Shown one piece after another: positions 35,548 to 47,910 of a DNA stretch of 64,000 nt. Within the stretch, counting starts at the first letter, position 1. Each line of letters begins with the position of its first letter. A program made the translations under genes and the position numbers. The DNA is taken from the NCBI RefSeq assembly GCF_009834535.1, contig NC_045711.1, positions 11,780,001 through 11,844,000 of the forward strand. Reading direction: 5' to 3'. Origin of the DNA: Camelus ferus (taxonomy: Eukaryota). The notes beneath the pieces were generated by a model. It saw nothing but the letters and a program-made list of their open reading frames with translations, did not search any database and was not told where the DNA came from.

Positions 35548-37469
35548 NNNNNNNNNNNNNNNNNNNNNNNNNNNNNNNNNNNNNNNNNNNNNNNNNNNNN
35601 NNNNNNNNNNNNNNNNNNNNNNNNNNNNNNNNNNNNNNNNNNNNNNNNNNNNNNNNNNNNNNNNNNNNNNNNNNNNNNNNNNNNNNNNNNNNNNNNNNNN
35701 NNNNNNNNNNNNNNNNNNNNNNNNNNNNNNNNNNNNNNNNNNNNNNNNNNNNNNGCCTTCCCCCACAAGCTGTCATCAGTGCTATCTCTCTATGTTCTTT
35801 AGCTCTTTGATTACCATCCAGATCCTTGTGTTCAGCACTCAGCCCTGGATAACGTTCGACTACTACACCAGTCTTAGGCCTTCAGCTTCCTCCTTGGTTA
35901 CCCTCCTGTGCCCTGTCATTCTTGGTAAACACCCCCCCCCTTTTATGTAAGTCTTCAACTCTTCGTGGTCCTTAATGCTCAGGCTACTCCGTCCTTGATC
36001 CTGCCTTTCACCTTTTCTGTGTGTCTCCTTTTGAGTCTTTGTAGGTGCTCTTTGTTTCCCTCACTTTTACCTGGGATATCTGCAGTCCTACCATGTTACG
36101 CACCCTCCACTGGAGGGGCTCCAGTGTACCTTGGAGCTTCCAAATCAGCTTGCTGCCCCACTGTCCAGTGCCAGCTTTCCTGTTGGATCTCTGATGCAGT
36201 TATCAGACTGCCTCTCCCTGTGCCCTCCTTGCTTCCTTACTTAGGTCCTAACATTCTTGCTAGTGCTTTCCTTGTCACTTTAAGGTTTTTTTTCCTCAAA
36301 AGTTAAACGTCGTTCATCTTTGTTGGATTTCTTGTTTTGCTCCCTAGTTTTTCTATCTTCTGTTGACTTGGCATTTATCTTGGGTTACCCCCTAATGTCT
36401 AGGTCATTCTCTCTACTTTCTGGTTTCCTTTTTTCCTAAATGCATAGTTCTTTCTGGTCTCCCCCAAATCCTTTTTGCTTTTCAGCTCTCTTCCTTTCTC
36501 ATTCTTTCCTGTTTCCTCAGCTCTTTCTGATCTTCCTTGTTTTCCAAGTTCCTTGTTTTATGCTGATATCTAAAACCTCTTCCAAAGTTTTACATAGACT
36601 CTCCCTCCTCCCCTAGGATCTTGGCCTCAGTAATGTTTTGATAACTCTAGGTAACTGACTGCTCCAAGCCTGCCCTACAACTTCCCTTGTGCTGTCAACC
36701 CCAATGTCAGTGGTGGTCTTTTGGCCTTGGGTTGTTTTTAAGAGGCTTTAGTGTTTCTTTCGTGAGTTGATTAGTTCAATTCCAACTCCCCTAATCTTTG
36801 CCCTGACAGCTTCCCTCACCAGCTAGGGGCAACTTGAGCCTTTATCTCTTCCATCCTAGAGTCTGGTTGGGNNNNNNNNNNNNNNNNNNNNNNNNNNNNN
36901 NNNNNNNNNNNNNNNNNNNNNNNNNNNNNNNNNNNNNNNNNNNNNNNNNNNNNNNNNNNNNNNNNNNNNNNNNNNNNNNNNNNNNNNNNNNNNNNNNNNN
37001 NNNNNNNNNNNAGATGATCTGGGTGTAGGTGGGCTAGTGGTTTATGGGGGAGAAATACAGAATGAGCAGAAGAGCTTGTGCTGAGAGAAGGGAAATGGCA
37101 GGAGAAGCGGGTATTAGCAGTTTGCCTATCCAACCCTTACTCTCAAGCTACCTGGGCCCACCTTCAGCTTCCATCCTTATCTGCCCGCAGCTGATTGGCA
37201 TCCAGGATGGGTATCTATCACTGCTCCAAGACAGTGGGGAGGTGCGAGAGGACCTTCGTCTGCCTGAGGGAGACCTCGGCAAGGAGATTGAGCAGAAGTA
37301 TGACTGTGGAGAAGAGATCCTGGTATGGTGCCCCGCTTTTGTGCCCTGCTTTGTTCTTTGTGCCTCTTCCTCTGAGCTCAGCCTTCTATTCCCCTTGCTC
37401 CCCAAGATCACGGTGCTGTCTGCCATGACAGAGGAGGCAGCTGTTGCAATCAAGGCCATGGCAAAATAA
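35548..37469 (+). CDS. EIF5A: Eukaryotic translation initiation factor 5A-1
   Basis: Visible exons 37191-37322 ([44 protein letters not shown]) and 37407-37469 ([20 protein letters not shown]). Exon 2 (start codon and hypusine loop) lies in the gap 35527-35754, whose left edge is the acceptor ccctag; start coordinate is inferred from the human 21-nt leader. Exon 3 lies in or at gap 36872-37011. Non-coding last exon starts at 37652. Confidence 0.95.
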
Positions 37470-37923
37470 GTGGCTCCCAGGTGAGTGTGACGGCCCTCCC
37501 CCAGCTGCCCACTTTGTTGTCTCCATCAAAGAACTGCTTTAGTTTTAATTGTTCCAGGCTTATTTTCTGCCCCCAGCATGGTCCTGTCCCCTTTGCCCTT
37601 CTTCCTGTTGAAGGTTTACCCTGTCTCACCTGGTTTCTCTCTCCTATCTAGGGTGGCTGTGGTGGCAGCAGTGATCCTCCAGCCTGCAGAGGCCCCCTCC
37701 CCCAGTCTGGCCCAGCTCTGGCAGGGCCCTTGGCTGGACTCCTACACAATTTATTTGACGTTTTATTTTGGTTTCCCCCACCCCCTCAATCTGTCGGGGA
37801 GCCCCTGCCCTTCACCCTGCTCCTTTGGCCAGGAGTGAGTGAACCATGGCCTTGGTGAAGCTGCCCTCCTCTTCTCCCCTCGCACTACAGCCCTGGTGGG
37901 GGAGAGGAGGTGGGTGCTGCTTG

Positions 37924-37931
<8 letters not shown>

Positions 37932-37956
<25 letters not shown>
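37932..37956 (+). repeat. Poly-T tract (25 nt) in EIF5A 3' UTR
   Basis: Direct observation. Confidence 0.9.
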
Positions 37957-37958
<2 letters not shown>

Positions 37959-38258
37959 TTCCAATCTGGAATCAGAAAGCTGTGGATTCTGGCAAATGGT
38001 CCTTGTGCCCTTCCTCTTCTCATCCCTGGTCTGATCCCTTATTCTCTGTAGTCCTTCATCCCAAGCACCACCCCTACAGACTGGGGACCAGCCCCCTCCC
38101 CAGCCTGTCTCTCCCCAAATCCCTCTAGATGGGGAGGGAAGAGGAGGAGAGGGGAGGGGACCTGCCCCCTCCTCAGGCACCTGGGAGGGCCCTGTCCCCA
38201 TGGGCTTCACCCTTTCCTGCGGGCTCTCTCCCCGACACATTTGTTAAGATCAAACCTG

Positions 38259-38264
38259 AATAAA
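38259..38264 (+). terminator. EIF5A poly(A) signal AATAAA
   Basis: ctgaataaaactaca at the end of the last exon. Confidence 0.8.
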
Positions 38265-38487
38265 ACTACAAGTTTAATATGAAGCCCCCAACTCAGCTGC
38301 TTCTTTGAACTAAATGGGTATTTGGAAACCAGAAAATAAGATTACAGATTAAACTCTGACAGGGAGTTCATTACTACCAAGTCACTGTCCCACTGTGACT
38401 CCCATGGGCCTGCCAGCCACCCCCCCACCCTCCAAGCAGCCCAGTGGGAGGCAACAGACAGCAGCCAGGGGGAAGTGGCAGGTAGAT

Positions 38488-38493
38488 TTTATT
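38488..38493 (-). terminator. GPS2 poly(A) signal AATAAA
   Basis: tttatt on +, about 80 nt past the GPS2 stop. Confidence 0.8.
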
Positions 38494-38570
38494 GGCCTCG
38501 GATTGGGGCACACCAGGGATCCTCCCCCATGGCAGGGGCTGGGGGCGAGGTTGAAGATAAAATCTGATGG

Positions 38571-40819
38571 TCACTTGTGGTAGAATCTCGGGTTCTGGCT
38601 GTGCTGGATGAAGGGAAGCCGAGGGCCAGGCTGGCTGGTGGTTGCAAAGCCCGACTGGCAGCCATGATGAAAAGGAGGGCTTTGTCAGTGTGCATGCCTG
38701 CTCTACTCCAGCGGGACTAAACAGCCACCCCCAAGGAGGAAGGGAGAACGGGGGTGGGGGCATCTATTCTGCCCAATCCTGTTTTCCCTGGTAGTGTTGG
38801 GATTCTGATGGGCTGGATTACCATCCTTACTTTTCCTGCTGGTTGCATCTGCACAGGGAGCTGAGGCGAGGCAAGGAGTCCAGGAGCTGGATGCAGAGCT
38901 TGGGGATGCATGGGGCGCAGGGAGGACTGCAGAGAACAAAGTCAGCTGAGGCACCGTGGGGCTCCCCTTAGTGCAGGCGGCCCCTCCCCTGACTTCCCAA
39001 GGCTCCATACTCACTGAGTCAGAGAAACCAGTCTGCTGGTTAGCATGTTCTATCTGCTTTTGCAAGGACAGGGCACCACCGGGCTGGAGGAACCCTAGAT
39101 GGGGAAGATGGGTGTGTGAAACCAGTAGAGAATGGGAAAAGAAAGGACCCGTGGGACTGGGGCGCCTGTGTGGGGTGCATCACCTGTCTGGGTGGGCTGA
39201 AAGTGGCTGTGCACGGCGTAGGGCTGTGGCTGTGGCTGAGACAGGTACTGCACTGCAGGAAATGCCGAAGGTGCTGAGGAGGGCAGGGAGCACTGCCATC
39301 AGAACCTTCTTGTGGCCTGTTGACACTCCCTCTGGGCCTTGAGGGAAAGCCCCCTCTCACTTTTCCCACCACGCACCTCTGAGTTGCTGACTAGGACTGT
39401 AGGCAGGCTGTGTGGGTCCGTAGTGAGGTGGGGGCTGAGCAGTCCCATAGGCACCACCAGGGCTGCCTTGGAATTGCCCGTGCTCTGGGGTTCCTGCAAA
39501 AGCAGCTGCCGAGCCCACGTAGTGCCGGGTCTAAGGAGGAAAGGTGAGAACTCACTGCCTGTAAACTCAGTGAACGTGAAAGCAAAAACTCAGGTTGCCT
39601 CCACAGTTCAGTTTGATAGGCTCATGACTTGGGTGCTGCTTTACCGAGGGTGGGAGTAGTAGGAAAAAATGACAGCCTAGACACACAATCCTACTGCTCT
39701 TACCGTAAGCACCTGCGGTCCAAACATCTGTTTGGCTCTGTCAGCCGCCATGAGGGTGCCTGGGCGACTGTGTCCTCCAGGGCTCCCTAGAGAGGGAGAG
39801 GGGGCTTCATGATGCTGAAGTAAGGCTGCAACCACCAGGAAGGCCCATTCAGACAAGTGGATTCTTTAATCCTCACCCTGCATGCTGAGGAGGTGAGTTC
39901 CCGTGTGAACAGTCAGGCCTTGCTGGTACGCCGCTGATGTCAGAGTGGTCAGGTCACTGAGTGAAAAGAAGGCAGGTCAAAAGCAAAGACATGTCCCCTT
40001 GTTCGCCATTAGACACTAATCTTTCGTTATCTGATCCCAGTTCCACTTTGATCCCAATTTTATTTTTAGCTCTCCAATCCCACCTTTGCTCCTTTCGCCT
40101 CCGTTTTTCTTCCTCATGTAAAACTTTCTTAAGCTGCAGGAAAAGCTGGTGCTTTTCTTCCTGTAATGCCAAAAGCTTCTCCTGCAACTTCAGGATCTGG
40201 GAAGGAAGGGGAGAGAAGATGAAAGCAGGAGAACCCAGGGAAGAAAGATCTGGGTGGGAGAGATCAAAGGACTGCTTACTTGTTCCTTGGTCTCCTCTAG
40301 TGACATTCTCTCTTCCATCTCCTTTTTCTTCCTCCTCTCTTGCTCTTCCTTCATCTTCTGTTCCATCATCTTGTCCACCTCTTCTTCCTCTGGAGGAAGA
40401 GGTGGGCAGAATGGGAAAGTGACAGGATGGTTAAAATATTAGAATGTGACTGAAGAACAGCAAAAACTGCTTATCCCAATGCTCTTGGTACTGGCTCTTT
40501 CCCTCTGGAGAGGACAGGGACGGGGAAGTTTAGTAGGTGCTCTCCAAGGTCCTTCCCAGCTCAAGGGTTCTGGAGTTTAGATCTGGCCTCTGGCTCCCAC
40601 CAAATTGGGGTTGTTCGTCGCTCCTCTGACTTCGGCCACCCGCACATTGGTCTGCCCGCGGGTAGGGGTCAGCCCTGGGAGAGCGGGGCGCCTCGGGGCG
40701 TCCTCTCTCTTTGGCTCCGGCTCACCCTGTCGCTTGCGCTCCCGCTCCATCATGATGTGCCGGTGCAACGCCCTGGCCATGGCGTTGGAGAGCTTGGGGC
40801 GCTCCAGGAGCGCAGGCAT
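38571..40819 (-). CDS. GPS2: G protein pathway suppressor 2 (NCoR/SMRT-HDAC3 complex subunit)
   Basis: Coding exons 40819-40726, 40389-40280, 40196-40084, 39956-39877, 39786-39704, 39530-39377, 39273-39184, 39094-39015, 38926-38831, 38654-38571 = 984 bp, 327 aa; MPALLERPKLSNAMARALHRHIMMERERKRQ... to ...QNPRFYHK*. Confidence 0.98.
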
Positions 40820-41400
40820 GGTGCTGCCGGGGACGCTCGGGCCGTGGGCACCCGACTCTGTCACTGGCTGCCAGACCTCGTACCGGGCCTGCGGGGAGGC
40901 GGGTGCTCAGGCGGAGCGCGCCAGGCCCAGGCGGAAGCTGCCCGTCCGCCGCCCCGGTCACGTGCCCACCGCCCGCCTCCCGCCAGGCCAACAGCGCGGC
41001 TCCTTCGCGTGCGGGCGGGGGTCTCGGCCTTGGCTCTCCGACCCCCTGCCCGCCACCCGGGCGCCGGCCCCTCCCTACCCGTCTTCTCGTCGCCTTCTCC
41101 TCGGCCTCCTGAGCGCCCGGGCCGCGGCGTCACATCCGGCCACTGAGCCGAATCCTTCCGGAGTCGGGGCGGCTGTGGCCTCGCAGGTGGGGCGGGACGG
41201 GGCGGGGCGCGAGGGAGGCGGGAGTGCCGGCGACGGGTGCCCGTGGTGTCCAAACACCGCTGCTGCACCCCCGCGACGTGGCGGGGCCGGGGCTCCTCCG
41301 AGAAGCAAAAAGCGAGAGACGCGCGCGCGCGAGAATGGCCGAGGCGGCTGCTCTGAGACGGCGTTTATTGGCTCCTTAGAAATCAGAGTCAGTAACAACT
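40600..41400 (-). promoter_or_regulatory. GPS2 CpG island/promoter and non-coding exon 1
   Basis: CpG-dense; probable exon-1 donor gaagacgg|gtaggg near 41078; exon-2 acceptor near 40889. Confidence 0.75.
41364..41369 (-). terminator. NEURL4 poly(A) signal AATAAA
   Basis: tttatt on +, about 460 nt after the NEURL4 stop, inside the GPS2 CpG island. Confidence 0.75.
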
Positions 41401-41830
41401 GTACAGAGGGCCGGAACCCCGCGCCTGCCTTCCCCACTCCCGCTGGGCCCGGGGAAGCAGCTTCGTGTGGGGCGCAGGGAGACTCCTCTGGGATTCACAG
41501 TAACCAGAACAGAAACGGAAATAAATTAAGTGATGTGGGGGAGGAGTCGCGGGGAGTTGTGCTCCCCAGATCAGTGCATGGAGAGGGGCCACCCAGGGCC
41601 TGCGCCGGGCTCCCCGCTGCTCCCTCGCCACGGAGGGGCTGTCCGGCCCTGGGCTGGGAGGTGTGCTCCGCTTCCCAGCTAGTCTGAGAGCCTGCCTATG
41701 GGCTCCTGTGCATCTGCCAGGCGGAGCCCCGTGCATGCCGTGGGTGCTGGAATGAGGTGGCGGCAGTCGTCACTCGGAGTCCACGGGCCCAAGGCCCAAC
41801 TGTGCTTGGTAGTAAGTGAGGTCTCACCCC

Positions 41831-44800
41831 TCATTCCACCCGTACCAGCAGGGCATAGAGGAGTGTAGCCCCCTTTTCCTTGGTGACCCACTCAAGTTCA
41901 GCTGGACTGAAGTGAGGGTCGGGGGGTTCTCTGAGGGCAGCGGAAGGGGGGCCGGGGGTGTAAGAGCCAGGGCGCACACACACCTGGAACGCCACCTGGG
42001 CCTGGTGCGTCCGCTGGGATTTGGGGTCCCGGAATCTGTCAGGCAAGAAGCAGAAACAGGGCAGTGAGGCCTCTGCCCCTCCCTTGCTGACTGCAGCCAC
42101 CGCAGTTAGCAGCTGGCCCTGCTCTTCCCAGGAATCATTCCCTCCTTATAGTGACTTGGCTCTGGCTGTTCGTTCTACTGGAGATGGTCTTCCTCCCAAC
42201 GCCTGCTGGACTAACTACTCCCTCCTTCCTTCTCCAAGCCTTTGCTCAAGTCTCATCTTCTTCTTTTTAAAATTTATTTTTATTTTGAGGGGAAGGGAGG
42301 GAGGTAATTACGTTCATTTATTTGTCAGATGGAGGTACTGGGTATTGAACCCAGGACCTTGTGCATGCTAAGCTGGCACTCTACCACTGAGCTATAGATT
42401 TCCCCCCAAATCTCATCTTCTTAATGTCTACGCTGACTACCGTATTTAATATGCCCACTCCAACCACACTTCTGATCCACTTCCCTCCACTCTACCTTTT
42501 CTGTTTCTAAGGTGTTTACCTGTCACATTTAAAAATACTAAATACTTATGCATAAACATTCCAGAGGAAGAGAGGACAGAAGTTCCACAAGAGCAAGGTT
42601 TCCTTTTTTGCTCTTCGTGACAGAACAAAATAAGTGATATTTGTTCAAAGTAAGTGCGAAGAAAGGGCTGGGGTGGAGACTGAGGAACTAGCGAGACAAG
42701 GTGAGAAAGGAGAGAGAATCATGGAGACCCAAGGGTTCCTGGGGCCCCCTCCTGTGTACTCACTGCACTTTGGATGCCAGAGTCTCGGCCCCAGCATACT
42801 GGAGGGAGGGGGAAAGCAGCACTGGAGGGGGCTGCTCCTCCCGGGGAGGCGCACAGTTCTCACCAGGCTCCTCAAACCCCACCCCAGGCTCTCCCTTCAG
42901 GGGCCGGCAGCTCAGTATGGAAGCAGTGCCTGTGAGGAGAGCAGGGTCAGGGCAGCGCCCTCGGCCCACAGGCCCAGCCCGCCCTGCCTCCACCAGTGCA
43001 GGGTACCTGCTCCTAGCTCCCCTCGGTCCAGCACCCTCCGGACAGCTGCCACATTGCTCCCATGATACGCCATGTGCCACTTCTTGGTTAGTGTCCCAGC
43101 CTCCAGGCGGGGATTCACCCTAGGAGGTGGACAGAAAGGGCAAATGGGACAAAAGTCACTGGCTCCCTGAGGTCAGCCCTCAGGAGAGGTGCTGTCGCTT
43201 CTTCCATACACCCTCTCAGGACCTTCCTTCCTCAAGGGGGCAAAAAACAGTGAGGGAGCTGCGTGAACCCGCCCTACATGTACCTGAGGTTGAACCTGCA
43301 CCAGCCAAAGGGTAGGGCATATTCCCGGGGGGGCTCCCCACGGCGCCTGTGGGCCTCGTCTCCTCGAAGCTTCCGGCAAGACTCACAGTAGCACAGGCTA
43401 CGCTTCGGCGGAGGCATGAAATAATCCTCTGTGGAGAGTGAGTTGCAGACTTTGTGGCATGGCTCCTGCCTGGGATCTCAGCCACTTGACCTCTTTCCAA
43501 CTGGTCTCCAGGGCTCTGGGCCTGGCCCAGGGCTGGGACAGCAATGAGGCAGGTTCTGGGGGACCAGGGACTCACCGGGAAGCAGCAGCAGTTCCTGGAA
43601 ACGGGAGCAAAGGGCGTGGTACTCGCAGCTCTTGAGGGGGCTAGCAGCGGGTGGTGGGCCCCAGCAAACACTCTCCTTGATACCTGAGGGAGCAGAGGGG
43701 GCACAGTTCACAGGAGCCGGGGCCAGAAGTGCGGGGTGGGGGTGCAGTGGGACCCCGGCCCCTTGAGCTGGCTCACCATCCACCATGTCAGCTTTCTCCA
43801 TGTCCCCTTGGGTTCCAGCACTCTTTCCACTGGCAGCCCCTGGTTCAGGGCTCATGATTGTCACCTACAGGGGACAGAGGTGGTCAGCAGAGTGTGACCA
43901 GCCCCCCAAGCCTGCTGATCCCCTCCTGGAACTGCAGACTTCCCGTTTCCTCTGACAGCCCGGCCTCCGGTGCCACTGACCTGCTCACACTGCCCATAAA
44001 GGTCCACGAGTGCGTGGCAGGGCTGGGGGACATCTGGCACAGCCACTCCCTGGTCCATCCCATTGACGTGGAGATGCAGCCCCCCAGAGCCGTCCAGCCG
44101 CAGTCCCAGGATGGTGCCTTCAGGACATGTGTCCAGATTTGGCCCGAACTTCTCACAGATCTGGGAGGAGAGACCTACTGTCTTCCCAGAGATCAGACTC
44201 CCACCAGCAGCAGCCATCCCCGCCCTTCACTAAGCTCAGGTCACCAGTCCCTGGGCTTGGCCTCCACACTTGCCCACTGCCAGGGCTCTACCCTCTGCTT
44301 CAGTTATCTGGAGTCTACCTCCCTTTCCCCCGTGACATTCTCAGTGACAGGGACATAGGAGGAGGCAGTAAGCCCGAGACTGTCCAGGTAATGAAACTCA
44401 CACCCTGGCCCGCCTGCTACGGGGTCTACCCACTACAGGGCTGCTTTAAATATACTTGTGGTCCTACCTCCAGGACTAGGGGCCCCTCTTCTCCCTCAAG
44501 GCCAGCCCCTCCCCACTCAGAGGCCTAGCCCTCTCGCTTCTCTCTGCTCCGTACCCACCTTNNNNNNNNNNNNNNNNNNNNNNNNNNNNNNNNNNNNNNN
44601 NNNNNNNNNNNNNNNNNNNNNNNNNNNNNNNNNNNNNNNNNNNNNNNNNNNNNNNNNNNNNNNNNNNNNNNNNNNNNNNNNNNNNNNNNNNNNNNNNNNN
44701 NAGAAGTCTATTCGCACCTGGGGAGAAGGAAACTGTTCCCCAATCACAGCGTCTTGGGAAAAGGCCACCCACCCAGCAGAACCAGGCCCCATACCCCAGC

Positions 44801-47800
44801 CAGAGAGAGAAGGTAGCACACCGCAGTGTGGCCTGGGATGCTGCCCCTTCTGATGCTTGGAGAGACAGGAAACTGCAAATTCAGTTGTGTCCTTCCCTCT
44901 TTCAGCCTTGGTTTTGCTGTTGCCTCTGAAAGGATTCTTGTTCCCCAGGGCTGCTGTTGCCTGCCTAACTGGTATCTTGTAGTTTGCAGCACAAGGCCCC
45001 CTCCTCTGGAAAGCACGCTCTACTCCCACATATAGGATCAAGAGTCTCCCAGCCTCCCCCAAGCCCTCACTACTGCTTTCCTCAGCAGTCCCCAGGTGGG
45101 CACTTCCTGGTAACTGATTTACAACTCTCATCACAGGGTACAAACAAAAGCCCAGGAAGCTCACTCAAGGGACATGCTTTCCACTTTGTCCTTGACCTGA
45201 AAAAGCCTTTGTCCAGGAGGGTTGGCCCTGGGTCACCCTGAGCAAGAGGAGCTGGGGACAAGGTGAGGCCCACCTGGACCAGCAGCTGGGGCACCAGAGG
45301 CTGGTTGATGACAACGATGCCCTGATTGTAGCTGGCCACTCGCGTAGCTGTACGGTTCCTGTTGGACAAGAGGATGTTCTTCCCATGGTTCTCCAGGAAC
45401 TCGAGGGCTGTGGGCATAATGGCCACTTGATTCTGGCCCTGGAGTGGAGGAGAGACTGAGCTGCGGGGGTTGCCGACGCAGGGCCTGAGCCACCCCTCTG
45501 GGCTCTACACGCAGCCTGCATATTAGCCTCTGCCTACCCAGTCCTACCAGGACTGGATCAGAGAGCCCAAAGACCACCTGGTGGCCAATGGTCCACCCAC
45601 TGCCCATCCTTGTACCCTGTGGGTCCTGGTGCTGCCTCTTACTTCCAGGCTGTGCTCCTCGCCCTCATCATCCTCCTCGCCCTCACTGCCAGTGTCCGAG
45701 CTGGGGGAAGGAGGCTGGGTGCCTTCCTGCTCCTCTAGCCTCGAGGAGCTGACAATAGACACACTCCGCACTGGCCCGTAGAGATCCAACACGGCCCACA
45801 CGTTCTAGGGGCACACAGAGCTGGGGAGTCAGAGATCAGTGAAGGACTTCAACCCCACTCCCAGACCCAGCGGAGGTCCTGTGTCTACCTTGGCAATGCC
45901 AGTGGCTGCTGGCCCCATATCCTCTCCATCTACCAGGATGTGCATTGTGTCATCTGCCCCCCGGCGGATGCCTACACGGCTCCCCACCTAGGGCCGAGGT
46001 GAGGCAAGGACGGGTGCTCAGCCCACCTTTCCCCACCACCCCTACCCCCAAGCCCGCCCCTGTGCTGGGAGTCAGCTGCTTCACCCCCAGCCTCTCTAGG
46101 TTCCGGCCATAGTTCATCCTTTGGAGCTGCCCGTCGCGCCTGACTTCACAGCTGGACACCATCCAGGTGGTCTTGGTCCGGAGCTCCGGCAGGGAGGGAG
46201 GCAGCCCGGGGCCGCCACCTGCTCCAGGCCCCATCTCCCCTGGCGCTAGTGTGGTCAGCCCGAGCCGGAGGCAACCTGCCCACTTCTCATCCAGCTCTTC
46301 CACTTTCACCTGAGAGAGAAGCGCCTAGTGGCATGAGCTGGGGGCAAGAGGGAGCAGCCTGGCCCTGCTGTGAATTATATTCCAACAGCCCACCTCAAAG
46401 ACTTCCTCCGTTTTGAGCTCCTTGGTGCTGAAGACGAGGCCATGGGCGTAACCAGCCGCACGCACTGCCCTCGTGCCGTCTTCCTCCAGTGTGATGTTCT
46501 TGCCGCAAGTACTGTGGAATCGATGAGCCACGCCAGCCACTGTGGAAAGATGGCACCAGAGGAAGGGGGAGGACTAGGGCAGGAAGCTTCAGACAGGATG
46601 CAGATAAAACTTTCAGGTGAAGCAGGAAGTTGACATGAAGCTTCCATCTGCATTACTCCTTCAAGACCTCTGACACCTCTCTCACCATAGCAAGACTTGG
46701 TCCCAAATCTGGCATGCCAAGCTATGCTGTCCCGGGCCCTTGGTGACAGGGCAGGGTCCAGGAGCAACCTCCTCCCTCTTCTTGGCTGCTTCCCGCTAGG
46801 GTTGATCCCTCCCTCCTCCCCTCAGTCTGCAGCTGCTGCAGCCAGTCTGGCTCTGAACAGTCCCCAACCTAGAAGCTGCATCCCTTAGGCCCACAGCAGG
46901 CAGGCAGAGCCCACCCACCCTCCCTCCTTGCTGGCTAAACCTGGGGAGTGCAGGGGGAATGACTTCTCAGTGGCGGTGTTGCTGGTCGCCAGGCTATTGT
47001 CCATGGGGCCGGTGGCATTGGTGATGGACACTTGGACGCACTGACCATACAGATCCACGACTGCATATACCTCTGGGTAGGAAAAGAAGGGGTCAGAGGC
47101 CTGATAGCCTGGGGTGAGCTGGGCCGAGGGTGGCGGGTCAAAAGCCACAGAATAGTCACCTTTACCGGGAGGCAAGCCTGAGCAGGCAGCGCCTTGGTCC
47201 TGGCCATTGATGAAGTAGTGCAGGTCACCCTTGGCTGTTCGCATCATGCCGATGCGCGCGCCTGTGCCCAGCGCGTCGAGGTCGCACCCGTAGTTGTTTC
47301 GCATCGTGTTACCATCCTGCATGATGGCTGTGCCGCTGGAGGGACGACAGAGAGGGGCTAGGTCAGCCTCCGAGCTTCCTTCCCATACAGGCCTCTCGAA
47401 CCAGTCTCTGCTTGTCAGAACCTTCCAGTTCCTTGGACTGGGATCTTGATCTGGGGCAGACCCAATCTTGTCTCCTATGTCCCTGGGATCCCCCCAGGGA
47501 AAAGCAGGACCTACCCAAGGGCCTGGGGGGAGGGCTTCCTCAAACTGAAGGGAGGGGGCAACCAGATCTGGTCTGGCATTGTTCATGGCCACCACAGGCC
47601 CCAAACTGATTCCGTCATCCCAACCAGCTCCACCCAGCCCCACCCAGCTGGTCCCCAAAGCACGCAGCTCAACCTCAGCATCCATGTATCGTAGTCAATG
47701 TCTGTCATCGTGTTGGGAAATTCAAGGTCCTCCGGCCGAATAGCGGTCACTCCTGGAAGGAGGCAGGGGTAGGGCAGAGCCAAGGCTGCCTCGGCCTCAG

Positions 47801-47873
47801 AGAGCCAGCACCTCCCCCTAGCATGTGTATGCACACGTCCATGCACGTGCACGCGCACACGCACACACATGCG

Positions 47874-47910
<37 letters not shown>

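Noticed and set aside
35527-37011. EIF5A pseudogenisation (missing start and hypusine exons)
   Set aside because: The missing exons coincide with N gaps of adequate size flanked by proper splice signals; the visible exons are intact.
40605-41687. 360-aa + strand ORF antisense to GPS2
   Set aside because: Starts at a non-ATG codon in a CpG island; low-complexity R/P/G/A composition typical of stop-poor GC-rich shadow frames.
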